NCBI GenBank assembly: GCA_964016885.1
Contig: OZ024764.1
Coordinates: forward strand, 13,888,001 to 13,952,000
Length of the DNA: 64,000 nucleotides
Reading direction: 5' to 3'
Source: Eledone cirrhosa
Taxonomy: Eukaryota
The notes below the pieces were generated by a model. It was not told where the DNA came from, searched no databases, and saw only the letters and a list, made by a program, of their open reading frames with translations. Both the position numbers and the translations under genes were made by a program. Positions 55,391 through 64,000 of this stretch are shown piece by piece; position 1 is the stretch's first letter; every line of letters starts with the position of its first letter.

Positions 55391-55943
55391 GGGGCGGTGG
55401 ATTGGCAGTATCGTAGAGGGTCGGACGCCATGGTAGGGCGGTGGATTGGCAGTATCGGTAGAGGGTCGGACGCCATGGTAGGGCGGTGGATTGGCAGTAT
55501 CGGTAGAGGGTCGGACGCCATGGTAGGGCGGTGGATTGGCAGTATCGGTAGAGGGTCGGGACGCCATGGTAGGGCGGTGGATTGGCAGTATCGGGTAGAG
55601 GGGTCGGACGCCATGGTAGGGCGGTGGATTGGCAGTATCGGTAGAGGGTCGGACGCCATGGTAGGGCGGTGGATTGCAGTATCGGTAGAGGGTCGGACGC
55701 CATGGTAGGGTGGTGGATTGGCAGTATCGTAGAGGGTCGGACGCCATGGTAGGGCGGTGAATTGGCAGTATCGGTAGAGGGTCGGACGCCATGCTTTCCA
55801 GCATAGTTACGTCCCTTTACTATCTGAGGTTCAAATCCCGCCGAGGTTGACTTTGCCTTTCATCCTTACGGGGTCGATAAAATAAAGTACCAGTAATGTA
55901 CTGGGTAATTTGCTGGCCTTGTGCCTAACGTAGAATCAATTAT
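55391..55943 (+). mobile_element. SINE-1 copy with about 9 tandem 45-bp A-box heads
   Basis: Same unit and junction as the array at 27750-29093, in the opposite orientation. Confidence 0.9.
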
Positions 55944-56082
55944 AGTTGGGACTTCATTAAATTATTCAGTGAGTGAGAAAACGATCGAAGCTGTGTCAAT
56001 TCTGTACCAATGAAGGTTGGAAAATGACTGATGAAGGACTATTTTTTTTCCATATGTAACCACGCAACACTCAATTCTTCTC

Positions 56083-56134
<52 letters not shown>

Positions 56135-56560
56135 GATAAATCCGTATTGAATATGCATGCCAATTCTAACACATATATGTCCTAGAAACGATCGTTAAAT
56201 AATGAACTTTTTTTGTTTAATATAAGGAACTGTTTCTTTGTTTTATTCATTATTTTTTTAATATTTTATATATATATATCTATATATATATATATATATA
56301 ATGAAATGACAGGAGGCTGGATTTGTGTAAATCCTTGAAAGGTTTATTATACTATGATCATTTCAATGACCGGGTTCCGTATGAATCCGGTGATATCATC
56401 AGGTATTCGAAATATAATACGTGAATGTAATAGATTAATCCATGGGACTGAAAATCGAGGACCCGTACTCTCTATATTATTACATTATGATTGACCATAC
56501 GGAATAGACCAGCTCTATACAGTGGTGAACCTCAAACCTGAATAAATATATAAATATATA

Positions 56561-56616
<56 letters not shown>

Positions 56617-56654
56617 TTAGAATAACTGATTAAAGTTTAAGCAAAGAGTCACTG

Positions 56655-56705
56655 ATTTTCAGAAGATCCCGTTAAGGGTGAAAGCAGCGATTCTTTGCTT
56701 AAACT
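56655..56705 (+). ncRNA. Hammerhead-like motif of family A (CAGAAGA core variant)
   Basis: TTT-CAGAAGA-t CCC gttaa GGG t-GAAA-GCA gcgattctt TGC-TT-AAA. Confidence 0.45.
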
Positions 56706-56816
56706 TTAATCTGTTATTTTAATAAATATTTGCTCTACGGTTCTTATATATCTGATATATATTTATCCTTATCGAGCCCTCTTTGGATTTTAGTCTTCAA
56801 ATTTATTATTATTACT

Positions 56817-56859
<43 letters not shown>

Positions 56860-57335
56860 ATTATATATATATTATATATATATATACCATCTGAGTTCAA
56901 ATCCGCCGAGGTTGACTTTGCCTTTCATCCTACGGGGTCGATAAAATAAAGTACCAGTAATGCACTGGTAATTGCTGGCCTTGTGCCTAAAGTAGAAACA
57001 ATTATATATATATATATATTATATATATATATATTATATTATATTATATATATATAAATATTATATATATATATTATTAATGTATATATATATATAATGT
57101 ATATATATATATATTATATCTATATATATATTATATATATATATAAAATATATATATATATTATATATTATATATATATATATATAATATATATATATAT
57201 TATATATTATATATATATATATATAATATATATATTATATATATTATTATATAATAATATATATATATATATATTATATATATATATATATTATATATAT
57301 AATATATATATTATATATATATATATTATATATAT

Positions 57336-57418
<83 letters not shown>

Positions 57419-57765
57419 ATATATATATATATATTATATATAGGAAAAAGTATGACTCCGACGGCTATTTTTGGAATTATAATATCCAGAAATAGCCGTC
57501 AAAACGGCTTGAGCTCTGCCGTCGGGGTCATACTTTTTCCTGATATCCCACTCTACTACCCTAAGTATTGAGTACTCTGGTGCGTTATGGTCCATCTGGT
57601 TCCTTACCACAATTCCTTTGTTATATATATATATATATTATATATATATATATATATAATATATATATAATATATATTTATATAATATATATATATATAA
57701 TATATATATATATATATAATATATATATATATATAATATATATAATATATATATATATATAATAT

Positions 57766-57797
<32 letters not shown>

Positions 57798-57891
57798 TAT
57801 ATATATATATATTATATAAATATATATAATATATATATATATAATATATATATATATAATATATATATATATATAATATATATATATATAT

Positions 57892-57925
<34 letters not shown>

Positions 57926-58042
57926 ATATTATATATATATATATTATATATATAAATATTATATATATATATATTATATAAATATATATTATATATATAT
58001 ATATAATATATATATATATATTTATTATATATATATATATAT

Positions 58043-58076
<34 letters not shown>

Positions 58077-58161
58077 ATTATATATATATATATTATATAT
58101 ATATATATTATATATATATATATTATATAAATATATGTTATATATATATATATATTATATA

Positions 58162-58200
<39 letters not shown>

Positions 58201-58278
58201 TATATATATACATATATTATATCTATATATTATATACATATATATATTATATATATATATATTATATATATATATATT

Positions 58279-58320
<42 letters not shown>

Positions 58321-58713
58321 ATATTATATATATATATATATAAATTATATATATATATATATTATATATATATATTATATATATAGTAATAATAATAAAA
58401 TTGAAGACTAAAATCCAAAGAGGGCTCGATAAGGAAAATATATATCAGATATATATAATATATATATTATATACATATATATATTATATATATTATATAT
58501 ATTATATATATATATTATATATATAATATATTATATATATATATATATTATATATATATTATATATATATATTATATATATATATATATTATATATTATA
58601 TATATATTATATATATATATATATATTATATATATATATATTATATATACATATATATATATATTATATACATATATATATTATATATATATATATTATA
58701 TATATATATGTAT

Positions 58714-58746
<33 letters not shown>

Positions 58747-58849
58747 AATATAATATATATATATATATTATATATATATATATATTATATATATATAATA
58801 TATATATATATTATATATATATATGTTATATATATATATATTATATATA

Positions 58850-58952
<103 letters not shown>

Positions 58953-59066
58953 ATTATATATATGTATTATATATATATATATATTATATATATATTATAT
59001 ATATACTATTATATATATATATATATATTATATATATATATAATATATATATATATATAATATATT

Positions 59067-59110
<44 letters not shown>

Positions 59111-59760
59111 AATATATATATATAATATATTATAGAATATATATATATAATACATATATATACATATATATATATATGTATGTGTGTGTGTGTGAGTGTG
59201 TGTGTGTGTGTGGTTCAGGTCATCTTAGTTGCACCTACATACATTGCACTCAACAACAACAACAGCAACAAAGTATCAAAAGTGTCATGACAACCGCCCC
59301 ACCCTCTGTAGTACACCTCAACCGATATTTACATCAACTACCACTCTACTACCACCACCACCACCACCACCACTACTACTGCTACTACCACTATACTACT
59401 ACTACCACTACTACTAATAATAATAATAAGATAATCTCAGACGTCATATTATAACAACAGCAACCACAACAGTAACAACAACAACAACAGTAACAGTAAC
59501 AACAACAACAACCACAACAGTAACAACAACAACAACAGTAACAACAACACAACAACAGTAACAACGACAACAGTAACAACAACAACAACAGTAACAACAA
59601 CAACAACAATAGTTAACTATCGAAATAACAGCAAGTTGAAAATTTGTCAAGTCATTCCATTACAAACGAGTGTATATATTCATGTGTTTGTGTGTATACA
59701 CGTATATATATATCAATGTATGTATAGATATGTATGTATATCTATATATATCGATGAATG

Positions 59761-59823
<63 letters not shown>

Positions 59824-59975
59824 TAAAAGAAATAATTATCTTATGTTGTTTATTACATAACTATATATATATATATATGTGTGTGTGTATGTGTATGTTT
59901 ATATATATGTATGTATATATATACATATATAAACATACACATATATATACATATATCTATATATACATGTATATA

Positions 59976-60027
<52 letters not shown>

Positions 60028-60207
60028 ATAGGAAAAAGTATGACCCCGATGGTAGAGCTCAAGCCGTTTCGACGGCTATTTCTGGACGAAACGGCTTGAG
60101 CTTTGCCGTCGGGGTCATACTTTATCCTACTACCCACTCTACTACCCTAAGTATTGAGTACTCTGGTGCGTTATGGTCCACCTGGTTCCTTACCACACTT
60201 CCTTCGT

Positions 60208-60270
<63 letters not shown>

Positions 60271-60511
60271 ATATATATAATCCAGGGAGTGTAACTTGGA
60301 GTTACTGTAGGTTCACCAGGGTGAGCACTCGATGTTTAGGTTCACTTCAGTGTGGAGGTGTAGAGCTATACAGAGTGTATTATAGTGAAAGGGTAACAAG
60401 ACAATTGGTTACCCCTCCCATTACATTTATTGGTTGGTGACGCGCGTTTCACCACTGATCAGCTCAAGGTTCGATCTGTATCGATCTGATTTTTCCATGA
60501 AATTTACAAGG

Positions 60512-60586
60512 GGTCTGACGAGCCGCGGTTTACAGAGTCGGGTCAGATCGAACCTTGAGCTGATCAGTGGCGAAACGCACGTCACC
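60512..60586 (+). ncRNA. Type I hammerhead ribozyme (family N) within fold-back element 60280-60620
   Basis: GGT-CTGACGA-GCCGC...GTGGC-GAAA-CGCACG-TC-ACC. The homologue at 62234-62318 has GCT/AGC at the base of stem II and CGCGCG in stem III. Confidence 0.82.
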
Positions 60587-60613
60587 ACCAATAAACGTTC
60601 TTGTTATGTTATT

Positions 60614-60671
<58 letters not shown>

Positions 60672-60674
<3 letters not shown>

Positions 60675-61015
60675 TCATCATCATCATCATCATTTTACGT
60701 CCGCTTTTCCCTGCTTGCAAGGGTGGGACGGGAACTGATTCTGGCTTGATTTCTACAGCTGGATGCCCTTCCTAACACCAACCTCATTTACAGTGAGTGG
60801 TGGGTGCTTTTTTGCCGTGGCACCTCCACGACCACTTTACAGTGGAATGATAGGGACCCTGTCCCTATCATCTCATTTCTACAGCTGAGTAAACTGGAGC
60901 AATGTGAAATAAAGTGCCTTGCTCAAGGAAACAACACATCACCCGGTCTGAGAATTGAATTCACAATCTTTCGATTGCAAGGCCAATGCTCTAACCTCTT
61001 AGCCATATGCCTCCA
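60672..61015 (-). mobile_element. SINE family 2, full length
   Basis: Reverse complement of 37326-37664. Confidence 0.87.
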
Positions 61016-61032
61016 TATATATATATATTATA

Positions 61033-61084
<52 letters not shown>

Positions 61085-61230
61085 GTTACAATTGGGAGGG
61101 CTCTGCTGTCAAATCTTGTAAAAGAAATGTATCTTTATATAAGCTAAGAGTCGAAAGATTGGCGAGGGGAGGGGTTATTTTCTTGAAGATCTTCTGCTGT
61201 CCACCTCTTCTGAGTTTTTTTTTAACCACT

Positions 61231-61275
<45 letters not shown>

Positions 61276-61276
61276 T

Positions 61277-61331
<55 letters not shown>

Positions 61332-61546
61332 CAATGATAATAAATAAATGGAAACTATATTTATAAACCATATTTATTTTATTATATATATTTCAAGGGT
61401 ACCAAGACACATTGGTACGCTTTCATCAGATAAAATACAAAGTTCGTTTTATAAATAGAGACATGCCCATGAAAATCATACCTTATCAGTTGGATATCCA
61501 GAGAATTTTACCCGCCCTACACATATATATATATCTATCTATGTAT

Positions 61547-61994
61547 CTAAGGCGGGTAAAATTCCCGAGATCCATGGATGAGTTCTCTCCAGCGGTCTCT
61601 GTCCCTCATTATCGCTGTCATGTCCTGCGTCTCCAACAGACCAGTGTCTGTCCTTAGGGCATCAACATATGTTAACCTTGGTCTTCCTCTTCTAGTGTGT
61701 CCATGTAGGGGCTCCCAAAGGAGCACTGAGTGCAATGTCAACTCTGGGTGTCGGTGAGCATGTCCAGCTAACCTCAGTCTCCTCTGGGCGACGTGCCACA
61801 GCTTGAGATCGGTGTGGAAGTCGGACCTTCGTAGAGACCTGAAAATCCGCTTCTTCATTGCTGTAGTGGAGTCTGTGCTGCTGTATGGGTCTGAGACTTG
61901 GACACTGACCAAGAAACTCACTCAGATGGTGGATGGGTGCTACACGAGAATGTTGAGGATGGCTCTGAACATTAATCAGTATACACTGTGGATG

Positions 61995-61996
<2 letters not shown>
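61547..61996. mobile_element. RTE/RTEX LINE 3' region with the same inversion junction as 35179-35955
   Basis: The minus arm encodes QRRLRLAGH...FYPP* and the plus arm encodes [21 protein letters not shown]...MALNINQY. Confidence 0.88.
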
Positions 61997-62034
<38 letters not shown>

Positions 62035-62089
62035 ATATATATATATATATATATATATACCTATATATATATCTATATATATATATATA

Positions 62090-62160
<71 letters not shown>

Positions 62161-62544
62161 CCAGGGAGTGCAGCATTACTGTAGGTTCAATCTGGTGACG
62201 ATTCGATGTGAGCACTGTCATTACAACAGCAGAGGTCCGATGAGCTTTTGATTCCCTCGTCGGGCCAGATCAATACAGATCGAACCTTGAGCTGATCAAT
62301 AGCGAAACGCGCGTCACCAATCAATAAACGTAATGCATGCTTAACAAATCATCCTTGTATCATATATATATATAACGAAGGAAATGTGGTAAGGAACCAG
62401 GTGGACCATAACGCACCAAAGTACTCAATACTTGGGGTAGTAGAGTGGGTAATAGGAACCAGTGGGGTCTTACTGGTTCCTATATATATATATATATAAT
62501 ACAAAAGATAAAGTTGTCAGAAAGAAATCCTTCAATCATCTAAT

Positions 62545-62942
62545 AATTATTTCTACTTTTTGGCCCAAGGCCAGCAATACCCAGTGTATTACTGGTACTT
62601 TATTTTTAATGATTTCATTTATTGGCCATAAGGGCCGACATATGTTCCCACACAAAGTTTTTCTTCTAACAGAGAACTAGGCAAATGTAACCATAACATA
62701 TTATAAAATTGTTTCTACCTTTGGCACAAGGCCAGCAATTACTCCAGTGCATTACTGGTACTTTATTTTATCGACCCCGTAAGGATGAAAGGCAAAGTTA
62801 AGCTCGGCGGAATTTGAACTCAGACCGTAAATAACCATAACATATTATAAAATTGTTTCTACCTTTGGCACAAGGCCAGCAATTACTCCAGTGCATTACT
62901 GGTACTTTATTTGATCGACCCCGTAAGGATGAAAGGCAAAGT
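62545..62942 (-). mobile_element. Cluster of truncated SINE-1 3' parts, two of them in a tandem duplication
   Basis: TAACCATAACATATTATAAAATTGTTTCTACCTTTGGCACAAGG is repeated at about 62688 and 62832. Confidence 0.8.
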
Positions 62943-62971
62943 GGAATAGTATAATTTACGCGTGTGTGTGC

Positions 62972-63024
<53 letters not shown>

Positions 63025-63610
63025 TATATATATAGATATATAACGAAGGAAATGTGGTAAGGAACCAAGTGGACCATAACGCACCAAAGTACTCAATACT
63101 TAGGGTAGTAGAGTGGGTAATAGGAACAAATAAGACCCCGACGGCTGAGCTCAAGCCGTTTCGACGGCTAATTCTGGAATTAGTCCAGAATTAGCCGTCG
63201 AAACGGCTTGAGCTCAGCCGTCGGGGTCTTATTTGTTCCTATATATATATATATATAGCTTTTTCCGAGAATAAGTAAGTGACATAGTCACTACTTTAAA
63301 ACTGATAGTGAATGGTCTTCAAAATGTTTTTGATTAAACATAGAGTATATTACCAAATATACTATACATATCTTCATGTATACATCGCTATTTCAAAGCA
63401 CCAATACTAATACCTAATATAAATATATATATATATATTATAAGAACATATTAAAGTTTCAGCTAAGCAACGCTGCTTTCACCCATAACGGGATCTTTTG
63501 AAACTAAAAGAAAATCACTCTGCGGACCCAGAAGTAGATATTTATTTTCAAAAAAAAAACGTTACAACCGAAAGAAAACAGGAAGACGATACTATATCTA
63601 TATATCTACA

Positions 63611-63781
63611 TCTAAGGCGGGTAAAATTCCCGAGATCCATGGACGAGTTCTCTCCAGCGGTCTCTGTCCCTCATTATCGCTGCCATGTCCTGCGTCTCCA
63701 ACAGACCAGTGTCTGTCCTTAGGGCATCAACATATGTTAACCTTGGTCTTCCTCTTCTAGTGTGTCCATGTAGGGGCTCCC
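63611..63781 (-). mobile_element. RTE/RTEX LINE 3' end
   Basis: Translates WEPLHGHTRRGRPRLTYVDAL...FYPP*. Confidence 0.85.
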
Positions 63782-63967
63782 ATATATATATATCGAAGGA
63801 AATGTGGTAAGGAAGCAGGTGGGCCATAACGCACCAAAGTACTCAATACTTAGGGTAGTAGAGTGGGTAATAGGAACGAGTAGGACCCCGACGACTGAGC
63901 TCAAGCCGTTTCGACGGCTAATAGCCGTCGAAACGGCTTGAGCTCAGCCGTCGGGGTCCTACTCGTT

Positions 63968-64000
<33 letters not shown>

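Overview
Gene-poor, very repeat-rich eukaryotic DNA. I infer an octopod cephalopod from two tRNA-derived SINE families and the (TA)n/(CA)n/(CAC)n landscape. No host protein-coding gene can be supported, and almost all long ORFs in the track are microsatellite or minisatellite artefacts. Real coding remnants are limited to RTE-clade and L1/Tx1-like LINE ends and one frameshifted Penelope-type GIY-YIG endonuclease fragment. The main signal is a dense set of short, mutually dissimilar elements embedded in (TA)n tracts, most with a fold-back (inverted duplication). By hand I can fold minimal type I hammerhead ribozymes in about 12 of these families, plus two half-ribozyme families. They include non-canonical variants: a recurring U10.1-U11.1 pair, a U3-A8 swap, and very long stem II. 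Many of the families share a YYGAGTRCY-like motif near the 3' end. They look like Penelope-like element (PLE) pseudo-LTRs. The window also holds a ~605-bp bipartite non-autonomous RTE derivative (4 full copies), an RTE 3' fragment with the same inversion junction at two loci, and SINE-derived tandem arrays bounded by target-site duplications. All folds, alignments and family names were done by eye and need computational confirmation.
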